This document shows positions 48,601-60,002 of a DNA stretch of 64,000 nt, in pieces. Position 1 is the stretch's first letter; the number at the start of each line of letters is the position of its first letter. The translations under genes were made by a program, and so were the position numbers. Below the pieces are notes generated by a model. It did no database searches. It worked only from the letters and a program-made list of their open reading frames with translations, and was not told where the DNA came from. This DNA is from Macrostomum lignano (lineage: Eukaryota). The DNA is taken from contig NIVC01000100.1 of NCBI GenBank assembly GCA_002269645.1, forward strand, positions 950,208 to 1,014,207. Direction: 5' to 3'.

Positions 48601-51145
48601 TTTGTGTGAGATTCGGGTGAGATTTGGGTGAGATTCGGGTGAGATTTGTGTGAGATTCGGGTGATATTTGGGTGAGATTCGGGTGAGATTTGGGTGAATG
48701 TGGTCAAAATTTGGCCAAGTACTATTTCGGCAGATTAAAGGGATTTAATGGCCAAAATGGTAAAAATAGCCGTATTTTATCAGCGTTTCAAAATTCTTTC
48801 CACAGCATTGAGTTTCGTTGCTCAGAAATGTTTTCGTGGTCTCAAATTGATTGAATAAAAATTTGGGGTCTAACAATCTGCTCTCTCTCTCGCCCCAGTT
48901 TTTCTTTATAATCCTTTTCCAAAAGCTATACGCCACAATGTGAATTGCAGCAATTTTAACACCTATAAGGTAACCTAGCCAGATCAGTTTACAACTAGAA
49001 GTTAAGTCAATTTTAAAGGGCCTTTCTGGCTCCTGTCTGATTGTTCTGTAATCGATCTGAATTCATGACTCTTTAATAGGCCCCGCTGAGGTGTGAGAAA
49101 ATGCAGGCTAAATTCTCCCCTAGGACCCCTGTAATAACGGGATTAAGAAATTCAAGACACAATTTCTGCTGCCCCATGTAGAGAAACCGAATACTTGAGA
49201 GAACAATTTCTTGAGAATATGACGGTTTTTGCTTCAACATCTCAATTGAGTTCTTTAACCCCCCTTTTTCAATATAGTATTATCCTAGCTACCAAATGGA
49301 CCCGGAGCTAGCCCTGTACCACGTGGTTTAATACCATTGTTTACACTTCCACTGCCCGCCAGCCCTGAGCCCCGCTGATGAGGGAGGTGAAGAGGGAGTG
49401 AAGGAGAAGGTTGGTAAGAAAATAATCCCATCTACGAGCTAATAGGACTTCATCAAGTGAGTTTTGCGGAATTGAACAAATTTTATATAACTGCTGTGAT
49501 GACAAGTCGTTGACTTCTGACTCTCGGCGGGTTCCACCGAAGTCCCCGGCTATGGGCAAAAATTTGAATTTCAGCTAGAGCGGACGGGTTCATTCTCTAG
49601 TTAGGGCAAACACAGCTCAGTATAAATGCATGGGAATGAAATTAACAATCTTCCCCATAGGCCAAAGACTGAATTTATAGTTTCCTAGAGACCGCTTGTC
49701 AATACACACGCCAGTTTTGATGAGATGTTTGATTTTAGTCAAGGTTTTTTGATGTGGAACAAATATCCTCTCCATCTGTGTTCTTGACAACTGTTTCCTG
49801 AGAACGATCAAACTCAAACTAGGGTTTGAAATGCAACCAGCAATGACTTGTTGGAATGCTTGTTGGAGTTTGCCTTCGAGAAAATGTTTTAACTCAAAGA
49901 AATAATTTGGGCTCCTCATCGAATGGCCTCATAGAATACTCGTAGCGCTTATACAATGGCGGTTATAGAATGACGCTCATAGGATGACGTTCATAGGATG
50001 ACGCTCATAGAATGACGCTCATAGGATGACGTTCATAGGATGACGCTCATAGAATGACGCTCATAGAATGACGCTCATAGGATGACGCTCATAGGATGAC
50101 GTTCATAGAATGACGCTCATAGAATGACGCTCATAGGATGACGCTCATAGGATGACGTTCATAGGATGACGCTCATAGAATGACGCTCATAGAATGACGC
50201 TCATAGGATGACGCTCATAGGATGACGTTCATAGGATGACGCTCATAGAATGACGCTCATAGAATGACGCTCATAGAATGACGCTCATAGAATGACGCTC
50301 AAAAAATGGCGCTCATAGAATGATGCTCAAAGAATGACGCTCATAGAATGACGCTCATAGGATGACGCTAATAGGATGACGTTCATAGGATGACGCTCAT
50401 AGAATGACGCTCATAGAATGACGCTCATAGAATGACGCTCATAGAATGACGCTCAAAAAATGGCGCTCATAGAATGATGCTCAAAGAATGACGCTCATAG
50501 AATGACGCTCATAGGATGACGCTAATAGGATGACGTTCATAGGATGACGCTCATAGAATGACGCTCATAGAATGACGCTCATAGAATGACGCTCAAAAAA
50601 CGGCGCTCATGAAATGACGCTCAAAGGATGACGCTCATAGAATGACGCTCATAGAATGATGCTCATAGAATGACGCTCATAGAATGACGCTCATAGAATG
50701 ACGCTCAAAAAACGGCGCTCATGAAATGACGCTCAAAGGATGACGCTCATAGAATGACGCTCATAGAATGACGCTCATAGAATGACGCTCATAGAATGAC
50801 GCTCATAGAATGACGCTCATAGAATGACGCTCAAAAAACGGCGCTCATGAAATGACGCTCAAAGAATGACGCTCATACAGTTTCCCCACCAACTCGTTCT
50901 CCAACCAATAGGTGAAAATCTGGTTTCAAAACCGACGCATGAAATGGCGCAACTCCAAGGAGCGCGAACTCCTGACCTCTTCGTCCGGATCGTCGGTCAG
51001 GAAAGACTCCTCATCAATTGCGGCTGGTTCAGGCGCTGCCAATGTTGAATGTCTGCAGGATGCCGTGAGACCCGAGAGCTTTGAATACGAAATGCAGTTG
51101 GCTGGCGAGACAGCGCCCGAACCCACAACCGATGAGGACCACTGA
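44458..51145 (+). CDS. DBX: Dbx (developing brain homeobox) transcription factor; join(44458..44704,45563..45748,47710..48140,50912..51145), 365 aa
   Basis: KPRRGMLRRAVFSDQQRKGLEKMFQRQKYISKPDRKKLADKLGLKDSQ|VKIWFQNRRMKWRNSKERELL is the Dbx homeodomain signature; eh1-like LKFGMSAIL in exon 1. GT-AG junctions in phases 1,1,0. Confidence 0.93.
44765..45405. repeat. 19-bp repeat (ATCTACCTAATAAACTACC)n in Dbx intron 1
   Basis: Direct reading. Confidence 0.95.
45848..46290. repeat. 20-21-bp repeat (AAATGGAATGGCGCCCCCCTC)n in Dbx intron 2
   Basis: Same family as 24230-24682. Confidence 0.92.
47480..47628. repeat. Polypurine (GAGAG/GAGGA)n tract upstream of Dbx exon 3
   Basis: Direct reading. Confidence 0.9.
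48288..48700. repeat. 22-bp repeat (GAGATTCGGGTGAGATTTGTGT)n in Dbx intron 3
   Basis: Direct reading. Confidence 0.93.
49965..50878. repeat. 14-bp repeat (ATGACGCTCATAGA)n in Dbx intron 3, more than 60 copies
   Basis: Direct reading; ends about 30 nt before the exon 4 acceptor. Confidence 0.96.
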
Positions 51146-51517
51146 TTGACTGATTTATTGATATAGTAATTTTATTGTCTTTGTCTTTTACTCTATGTTT
51201 AAGTTAAAGTAATTATGTTTCATTTTCATAAGCAGTTTAAAACATTTTTGCCGCGTTTTTTTTTCTTGTCGTATATAGAAATTCATCATTGACCTCCTAT
51301 ATTTGTATTGTAGTCAGTTTGCCTTTTCTTAGTTACTATCGCTGACCATGTACATCTATTATCCTATTAGCTTGTTTAAGTTCGCTTGCACTTATAATTC
51401 TCCGCAAGGGATACTGTTTCTTAGAATCGATGTAAATACACGCAGAAGTAGGTTTTTCAAACTTTAATGTCAGTCAGCATCAAACTTGGGTTGTCAGTGA
51501 GTAGTAGGGCGAATTAT

Positions 51518-51950
51518 GATACTGCCGCACTAGCACTGGCGAGATAGGCGGCAATGCAAATGTATAGGGAAAAATACACTGCGGAGATATGAGCCCTATC
51601 TCTGTGCATTGGGGACGGCTAAGCACTGCAGAGATATGAGCTCTATCTCTGTGCATTGGGGACGGCTAAGCACTGCAGAGATATGAGCTCTATCTCTGTG
51701 CATTGGGGACGGCTAAGCACTGCAGAGATATGAGCTCTATCTCTGTGCATTGGGGACGGCTAAGCACTGCAGAGATATGAGCTCTATCTCTGTGCATTGG
51801 GGACGGCTAAGCACTGCGGAGATAGAGGCGATTCATGATACTGCCGCACTAGCGCTGGCGAGATAGGCGGCAAAAAGGATATAGGAAAAATACACTGCGG
51901 AGAGGATCCTATCTCTGTGCATTGGGAACGGCTAAACATTGCAGAGATAA
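51518..51950. repeat. 47-bp hairpin-forming tandem repeat (about 5 copies) nested in a larger duplicated block; putative Polinton TIR
   Basis: Period 47 (51623, 51670, 51717, 51764, 51811); stem CAGAGATA/TATCTCTG. GATACTGCCGCACTAGC block at 51518 and 51837. Confidence 0.85.
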
Positions 51951-52273
51951 GAGGGGTGGCCAATCTCTGTGCTCTGTGTTAGGGTAAGGTTATAAAGTTT
52001 TACAACTGCACAGAGGACGGCTGGTGTTGCTTACCTGGATAAGGGGACGGGGGGATACACTAATTACAGCCAGTGGCCTCTATAACGGTAAAGTAATTAT
52101 TACCTGAGCATGGCTGGATGTTCATATACGATATGATAAGGAGAGGGCATGCATGTACAAATTACTATATAAGCAGCCACGCAAGTACAAATAAACAAAT
52201 AGACAAAAACAAATTGTATAAAAGGATTTTAAAAACCTTACTACTTCTAAAAAACAACTCTTTCTCTTTCAAA

Positions 52274-53683
52274 ATGAAAACTTTTAAAAGTTGTCATAGA
52301 GACCTCTATGAGGTCTGTATAAGCTGCGAAGTGTGCCTGCTTGGAGGCGTGTCCCCAAGACACCACGAGAATGAGAACTGTCTGGTCTCATGCTGGTTGG
52401 CATGCGACCAGTGCGGCACCGTCGAAGCTCTGCAGGAGGGAAAAATTCCAGCATATCATCGAGGACACAAGATCGTCAGCGATGACAAGAAAAAGCAAGA
52501 AAGTAACCGCTGGAAAGTAATCCGCGCCATCAAAAAGAGCAACGAGAGAGAAAAGAAGAGCCAGCAGAAAAAGGGAGCCAACAGGAGTCTGCTATCAGCT
52601 CACTTGAGTCAAGTAATTGACTCTACATTGAAGAGGATGAGGCCAAGCGGGTCTTCAGCAGCTGCAGAATTTGAAGTTGAGCTGTCTGCTGGAGTCGAGG
52701 CTGCTGGAGTCGAGGCTGCTGGAGTCGAGGCTGCTGGAGTCGAGGCCGCTGGAGTCGAGGCTGCTGGAGTCGAGGCTGCTGGAGTCGAGGCTGCTGCTGT
52801 CATAAACTTCATAGAGGAAGATGTCCTGGATCAGTTCCTCAGGGAATTCAACGCTGGTCAGCAGCAGCAGCAGCAGCAACCTGTCTCTTCGGTTCCGGTG
52901 ATTGCTGGAAAACAACTTCATCTAATTGAAGACGACCACGAAATGGAAATCCTAGAAGAGGAGGGCAGCGACAATGAGTCGCATAATGCAATTGTGCCAC
53001 CTGCAGCTCCAGCCGCCCCAGCTGCTCTGGCCGCCCCAGCTGCTCTGGCCGCCCCAGCTGCTCTGGCCGCCCCAGCTGCTCTGGCCGCCCCAGCTGCTCT
53101 GGCCGCCCCAGCTGCTCCAGCCGCCCCAGCTGCTCTGGCCGCCCCAGCTGCTCCAGCCGCCCCAGCTGCTCTGGCCGCCCCAGCTGCTCCAGCCGCCCCA
53201 GCTGCTCTGGCCGCCCCAGCTGCTCTGGCCGCCCCAGCTGCTCTGTCCGCCCCAGCTGCTCTGTCCGCCCCAGCTGCTCTGGCCGCCCCAGCTGCTCTGG
53301 CCGCCCCAGCTGCTCTGGCCGCCCCAGCTGCTCCAGCCGCCCCAGCTGCTCTGGCCGCCCCAGCTGCTCTGGCCGCCCCAGCTGCTCTGGCCGCCCCAGC
53401 TGCTCTGGCCGCCCCAGCTGCTCTGGCTGCCCCAGCTGCTCCAGCCGCCCCAGCTGCTCTGGCCGCCCCAGCTGCTCCAGCCGCCCCAGCTGCTCTGGCC
53501 GCCCCAGCTGCTCTGGCTGCCCCAGCTGCTCCAGCCGCCCCAGCTGCAGCCTCTACAATTCCAGCTTCTCAATCCGAAACTCCACCCGTGCCAGCTGGAG
53601 TTGCCTTCTTTCTGCCTCCTGTCGGCGGGGCTGGGTACGAGGTAACGATTTTCGAAAATCGTATTAGAATTGTGCCGCTGTGA
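52274..53683 (+). CDS. Polinton accessory ORF: Cys/His-rich N-terminus, basic patch, (AAGVE)n and (AAPAAL/AAPAAP)n repeats
   Basis: Open 52118-53683, likely ATG at 52274. CISCEVC..HH..C...C..C..CDQC cluster; unique sequence on both sides of the repeats. Confidence 0.6.
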   Translation: MKTFKSCHRDLYEVCISCEVCLLGGVSPRHHENENCLVSCWLACDQCGTVEALQEGKIPAYHRGHKIVSDDKKKQESNRWKVIRAIKKSNEREKKSQQKKGANRSLLSAHLSQVIDSTLKRMRPSGSSAAAEFEVELSAGVEAAGVEAAGVEAAGVEAAGVEAAGVEAAGVEAAAVINFIEEDVLDQFLREFNAGQQQQQQQPVSSVPVIAGKQLHLIEDDHEMEILEEEGSDNESHNAIVPPAAPAAPAALAAPAALAAPAALAAPAALAAPAALAAPAAPAAPAALAAPAAPAAPAALAAPAAPAAPAALAAPAALAAPAALSAPAALSAPAALAAPAALAAPAALAAPAAPAAPAALAAPAALAAPAALAAPAALAAPAALAAPAAPAAPAALAAPAAPAAPAALAAPAALAAPAAPAAPAAASTIPASQSETPPVPAGVAFFLPPVGGAGYEVTIFENRIRIVPL

Positions 53684-54568
53684 CTAAGCAATTTTTGTAC
53701 TTTTTTGCTTTCTGTGTGGAGTGAGAAATCTACCCATTTATTGCAATTATTGCTAAAACTTTATTTCAACTAGCTTTTTAAAGTTGAAAGTAGGTACATT
53801 AATTAATGATTTGATCATCTCATAACTCTGTATTCGCTTCTAGGAATCTTGCTTATAAGTTTTCAGTTTTCATTTCCAAATTAGTTTTAAAAAAAAGCTC
53901 GTAGCTCGTAGTGGCAACCAATATTTTTTTGGTATCCGAGGTAAAAAAAAATTATTTGAAAAGTAGGTGAAACATTATACAGTTGAATTTAACAAATTAA
54001 AATCAACATAACATACTTTCAATAAATTGGTGATGGTTTCGTATGCTTGGTGCGATTGATTAGGTATAATTTTCTTTCTACTGCTTTGACGCGGTGTTTC
54101 CTCATTCTTTAATTATTGAACTTTTCAGCTATATTTCTGCTTCTAAACTCTCGTCTGTATTTGTAATTCATTGTTCCATGCATTGTTTATTGACTATGAT
54201 TGCACCATGTGAATTCGATATTTTTTTAAAAAATATATATATAATGTCAGCATTTTTCCACTCGGTGATTGGTTTGTTAATTAACTATTGGCTTCATTTT
54301 GCATTTTTTACCGATTGAGTCTGCGTAGGAGGCAAATAGAAACGAACTTTTACGAATAGGGATCAATAGAATATGCATGCAGAGAGCTAGCTTAAGGGAG
54401 AACCAAAAAAATATAACCAGCATCTACTAGCTTGTAAGTGTGGATATTGTACCAGTATTGCAGCAATAAAGACTTACGAAAAAAGATTTCAAATATTCAC
54501 TCCCAGTTGCTTATGACACTCAGTTGCAGCCAGTAAACACTGTCAGCTTTTAACTGCTTGCCTTTTCT

Positions 54569-57500
54569 ATGGTTGAGCACTCCTGGATGGAGCAGGAGAA
54601 TGACCACTCATGGATGGAGAATGACCACTCATGGATGGAGAATGACCACTCATGGATGGAGAATGACCACTCATGGATGGAGAATGGCCACTCGTGGATG
54701 GAGGATGACCACTCGTGGATCGAGTATGACCACCCTTGGGTGGACCATGACGTCAGCAGCGAGTCAGCAGCCAGCAGCGAGTCGGCAGCCAGCAGCGAGT
54801 CGGCAGCCAGCAGCGAGTCGGCAGCCAGCAGCGAGTCAGCAGCCAGCAGCGAGTCAGCAGCCAGCAGCGAGTCAGCAGCCAGCAGCGAGTCAGCAGCCAG
54901 CAGCGAGTCAGCAGCCAGCAGCGAGTCAGCAGCCAACAGCGAGTCGGTGACTGATGCACACCAAGGTAAGTGCCTTTATTTATCCTTTTCAACTTACTTA
55001 AAAATTTTCTTATCAATGCGATGTATATTATGCAGTCTAAAATTTTAGTCCAAAGAATGGGAGAAGGGGAGATAAAAGACTTTATACCGGTAGGGTTGTA
55101 CATGTATGCTTGGGTACAGACGTTTAGTTTAGTATCTTTGATATTTGAAACTATAGGCAGCAAAAAACAAAAATATTATCCTAAAACCACAAACCAGGTT
55201 CAACAGTCAGCTTCAGCAGAGTTGCCCAAGCCTATGATCAATCACTGGAAATACTGAGGCTCAGATCGAGTCACCCAGACACGCTTCCGTCAGAATTTTT
55301 TGTCCAAGCTGGAGACAAAATTATTGAGGCAGTTCAGCAAAGAATTTCAAGACATCATTACAAAGTTCAGCTAAAGGCGAATATTCGAATGGTCCGAATA
55401 AGAGATGGGGAGATGCTTGCCGAAGAGGACAGATGGATAAGCTGTAAAATGCAGGCCCTAGACCTAGGTGGTGAAGCAGGCCGTTTAAACAACTGGTTGA
55501 TTGAGCAGGAGCAGGAGTTGGAGAGGATCTGTAGTATGATTAATACGAACGGCAGTGGCTGGACAATTAAACAAATTAATTTTCTAGACATCAACCTTGC
55601 CAGGTACAATCCAATTCGATTTCGCCAGGGCAGAGCCGTTAGATTCAATCTTCCTGCCAGTTTGAAGAACAAAAAGGCTGTTATCAATCCACCGAGCACA
55701 GGCAAAGACTGTTTCCTGTACGCCTGTCTCGCTGCACTGCACAGCGCCGATCCGAAAGTTCAGAAATCGCCCAACAGAATATCCTCTTACGATGAATGGT
55801 TGCGTGAGCTGGACTTTGCAGAAATCTCCATGCCAGTGAGTGTCGCTGATATCGATCGCGTCGAGTCTAACAATCCAGGAATTTGCATTTCTGCGTTCTC
55901 TTGGCAGCAGGGCAGTGTGACTCTTCTCCGTCGCCGCAAGCATGAGTCAGATGACCGAAGACACCTCATGCTTTTGCTAGTTAAAGACAGCTACGGATCG
56001 GAGCACTGGTGTGCAATTACTAATTTTGACAGGTTAATGAACAGTCGTAATGGTCCCGCCATGAGGAAGTGGTGCACGAAATGTTTAACATCATTTTATA
56101 GCAACGAGAGGCTTCAAGAGCACAGGAACGAATGCAGCATTACTGCAGAAAATCCTGTCAAAGAAACGCTTCCAGTTCCAGGACAGAATGAAATAAAGTT
56201 CCGAAACTGTCAAAACACTGTCAGTCCACCATTCGTTGCCTATGCCGACCTGGAAGCCATTTTGCGAGCGAACACAGACCCTGCTAACCTGATCTCAAAG
56301 CATGAACCATGTGCAGCAGCTTTTCTTGCAGTGCCTCGTGAAGGCATGACAGGACCTCCGCTTAGGCCAGAAGGAGACATGTACAAGGTCTTTTGCAATG
56401 CGGACCCTGATGAGTGTATCCTTGGTTTTCTCAAATCTCTTGAAAGCCTGGCTCAGGATATATTTCACTGGAACCAGAAGCATAGCCACCAGCCGGCTGA
56501 CCGATCATCCGCGACCGTCATGGATGATTTCAATTCTGCTGAGGTATGTCACTACTGCAAGAAGAACTTTAAAAGTTCTACAGATAAACATTTTGACCAC
56601 GATCATTTAAATGGACAGTACAAAGGTGCAGCATGTCAAGAATGCAACCTGCGAGCACAGCTCCGACGCCGGTTTCTGCCCCTGGTTTTTCACAACTTAG
56701 GCGGCTACGACCTTCATCTTCTACTTTCCACTGCGCTTGGGAGCATGAAAAATTGGAAACTTAGTGTTGTTCCGCAATCATCCGAGCGATACTTGTCACT
56801 AAGGGCGGAATTCCCTGTTGCAAGTTACGTAAAGAACGGAAAAGTTGTGCCAATCATGTTTACAATTCAGTTCATCGACTCGCTCTGCTTTTTGAAGGGA
56901 AGTTTGTCCAATTTGTTTGCTAATCTTCCCGAAGCTGAATGCAAGCTGACAATGCAAATGCTTGAGTCAAGACCACATCTTTCAAGAGAGCTACTTCGAA
57001 AAAAAGGGATTTTCCCATATGATTACCTCACAGGATTTGAGATTCTCGAGCAGTCGGTTTTGCCGCCTAAAGATGCTTTTTTTAATCGACTTTCCGATCG
57101 GGGAATTTCCGACGACGACTACAATAGAGCAAGAGCGGCATGGGCGGCATTTCAATGCAAAAGTTTGAAGGATTATATGCTCGCCTATCTTGAAATGGAT
57201 GTAAGGCAGCTGGCTGACATTTTCGAGACATTCCGACAGGCCAGTCTGAAAGAGGACGGATTGGATCCGGTACACTACTTTACTACTCCTGGTTTGTCTT
57301 ACGACTCAGCTCTAAAGTCGACTGGAGTGGTTCTAGAGCAGCTGACTGATGCTGACATGTATCATCTGTTTGAGAAGGGAATACGAGGAGGCATGTCCTT
57401 CATTAATGTGCATTGCGTCAAAGGTAATAATCCTAGCTTGCCAGGTTATGATGATCAGCAAGAGAGTGTAAGCCTCATGCCGATCGATATGAACAACTTG

Positions 57501-58847
57501 TATGGCTTTGCCCTGTCGCTTCCGCTTCCATGCAGGGAATTCAGGTGGGTACCGGAACAGGAAATCCAGTTCTGGGACTCCAATCGGTTTCTGTCACTCA
57601 ATCCAGAAGCCGAGATCGCCTACCTTGTTCAACTCGATCTAGAATACCCAGCTGAGATTCACGATTCGACTCAGGAGTTACCGTTTGCACCTGAAAAATC
57701 AAAACCACAGCCAGATCAATTCTCGCCGTACATGGCCGAACTATGGAAAGAGATTGCTGAACAGCGAACTGGCAATGCTGAAGCTAAGTTTCAAGCAACG
57801 GAGAAGCTTCTACTCACCTGTACCGACAAGGATTCTTACGTAGTTCACAGCACCGTTTTAAGATTTTACCTGCAACACGGAATGCGGATCAAGTGCGTCA
57901 AAAAAATGATTTCGTTCAAGCAGGAAAATATTTTCGCGCCGTACATTGCCAGCAACAATGAAAAAAGAGCTTTGGCAACTTCCGAGTTTGCTAAGGATTT
58001 TTACAAATTGAAAAACAATTCTCTCTTTGGAAAAACTATGGAGAACGTTCGAAAAAGATGCGATGTTCGAATTTGCACTAACCAGACTCAAGCAGAAACT
58101 TGCGCCTCTCGACCAAACTGTGCCGCATTCTCGATTATCAATGAGTCGTTGAGCATTTTTCAGCTCAAAAAAGATAAAGTCACGCTTGACAAGGCCATTT
58201 TCGTTGGCCAGGCAGTTCTCGATCTCTCTAAGATGGCCATGTACAGCCTACTATATGACAGGCTCCGACCGCTGTTCTGTCATTCAGACGGTTCCAGAGA
58301 CATGATGCTTTGCGGAGGTGATACTGACTCATTTTTTCTAGCTTTCAAGAATCATGATTTAACATCGGAGGTAATCCCGAAGCTTAGAGAGGAAAAAATA
58401 CTTGACACATCCAACTATTCTCGAGACCATCCGCATTTCTCTGAAGAGTTAAAAGGAAAGCTGGGCTGCGTTAAAGATGAATCTGCTGGTGGAATTTACC
58501 AGGAGTGGATTCTTTTGCGTCCAAAACTTTATTCGTTTCTCCCTGCCGAGAATTCGAGTGCAAAGATCAAGAAAACTGCCAAAGGCGTGAAGCAGTCAGT
58601 AGTAAGACAGCAAATTTCGCATGCGAACTATGTCGACGCGTTCGAGTCCAAGCAAGAGCAGATGGTTGCCATGACAGCGATTGTTTCCAAGAAACACGAA
58701 ATCTTCACGTCGGTCATGGAGAAAAGAAGCCTATCGGTGTGGGAGGATAAGCGAGTGTGGCTTAGCAGTAATCGAAGCCTGCCCTACGGACACTATGCGC
58801 TGACGCCCGCATCCCACGATCAGCTGAAGCGCATCCGACTGGTCTAG
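54569..58847 (+). CDS. polB: Protein-primed family B DNA polymerase; core ORF 55389..58847, proposed join(54569..54965,55198..58847), 1348 aa
   Basis: Exo I ADLEA, Exo II FHNLGGYDLH, Exo III YLEMDV; pol motifs DMNNLYG, KLKNNSLFGK, GDTDS, RPKLYS, AKGVK; C2H2 finger and endonuclease VII-like CHYC..DHDHLNG..C..CN insert. No frameshift in the core. Confidence 0.95.
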
Positions 58848-59429
58848 TGCGGGTGTTTAACAGACTGTTTAGTACTTTTTCTTGCTTTTAGAGTTGTTTA
58901 AATTGCCAAATTCTGTTTTAAATGTAGTGACTTGCATGTAGTAACTTTTACAAATTTGTATGCTTGGCTAATTGCGCTAGATTTAGCTGTCAATTTGTTT
59001 TTGCGGCGTGAAATATTGATATCAATTTAAGTTTTACTTTTTATAAAGCTGTGTGGCAAGTGCGCTCATACAATATTAATTCATTTTTGTTTGCTTTGTG
59101 TACTACTTGTTTAAAATGTGTTTTTGGTTTTTATCTGACACAAATTGTTCCTGTAAATTCAATCAGCGTTTTAATCATATTTTCTCTATCACTTTTCTAT
59201 TTCTCTTCTCTCGGTGCACATCGTTTGTTATAACGATGGTAGTATTGTTTACTTTCGGATTTGATATGCGTTTTGCGATACTTTTGGTGATGGGCTAAAT
59301 ACGTTTTTGAAGTGTTCCATAGCTGTCTGCCTGGGAAAATGAATGTAAAGAATACCAAGTTTATCCTTTTATTCACTTTTCACTAATCATTGAAATATTT
59401 GCGGCAAATTGCTTGACTTGACTTTATTT

Positions 59430-60002
59430 TTATTCAATGGAAAGAACTACATTGAGTAGACGCATGCTATCGGTATGCAACTGATTCAAGGACCGAGCTC
59501 CACTGAGAACAAAAGAGCCGCTGTGAAAAAGCAGACATTTACAAAAGTTTAAATTGAAAATTAAAGCAGAAAAGGATTCTGGTTCATATTCGGCGTTTGG
59601 GATAATTGATTTTAACATTAATAAGGAAAGTGCGGAATGAACTGGGAGCTGTCCATGAGCAGTAATAGTTTTAATTCGAACACAAATTGTTTGATGAGGC
59701 AGCAGTTGAGCCGGCACTCTCCGATGCAGCATAGCCACGAAGCGACGGGCAGCCCTTTTGGCGTCTGCGTGGGTCTTGGCACCGCAGATGCTCAGTTGCC
59801 CAGTAGGGTAGAGTAGGAGAGTCACTCTGGGAATCCGCATCCGCTTGATGAGCACCCGGGGCCAGACGGGCCGGTAGATCACATGAGCCATGCTGAGAGC
59901 CAGTTCCCGTAGAGGCAGCTGAGCGCCCCTGCCACCATCCAGTCTCAGATCTACTCCGCCAACCAGATTGGTCACTCTTAGGGCTGTAGCTGGTGGGCTC
60001 AT
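59430..60002 (-). CDS. TATA-box-binding protein (TBP)-like protein inside the Polinton, about 190 aa
   Basis: Two TBP repeats: VTNLVGGVDL..LPLRELAL..YRPVWPRVLIKRMRIPRVTLLLYPTGQLSICGAKTHADAKRAARRF and IKTITAHGQL..YEPESFSALIFNL..KCLLFHSGSFVLSGARS. ATG at 60002; the frame is open to 60041. Confidence 0.88.
   Translation of the reverse strand: MSPPATALRVTNLVGGVDLRLDGGRGAQLPLRELALSMAHVIYRPVWPRVLIKRMRIPRVTLLLYPTGQLSICGAKTHADAKRAARRFVAMLHRRVPAQLLPHQTICVRIKTITAHGQLPVHSALSLLMLKSIIPNAEYEPESFSALIFNLNFCKCLLFHSGSFVLSGARSLNQLHTDSMRLLNVVLSIE

Noticed and set aside
46553-49919. ORFs 46553..46807, 49341..49559 and 49617..49919 inside Dbx introns
   Set aside because: Short, with no recognisable domain or splice support.
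53642-54546. Possible intron joining ORF 52274 to the PolB first exon (donor GAG|GTAACG, acceptor CTGTCAG)
   Set aside because: The join is out of frame, and an in-frame TAA at 54551 precedes ATG 54569.
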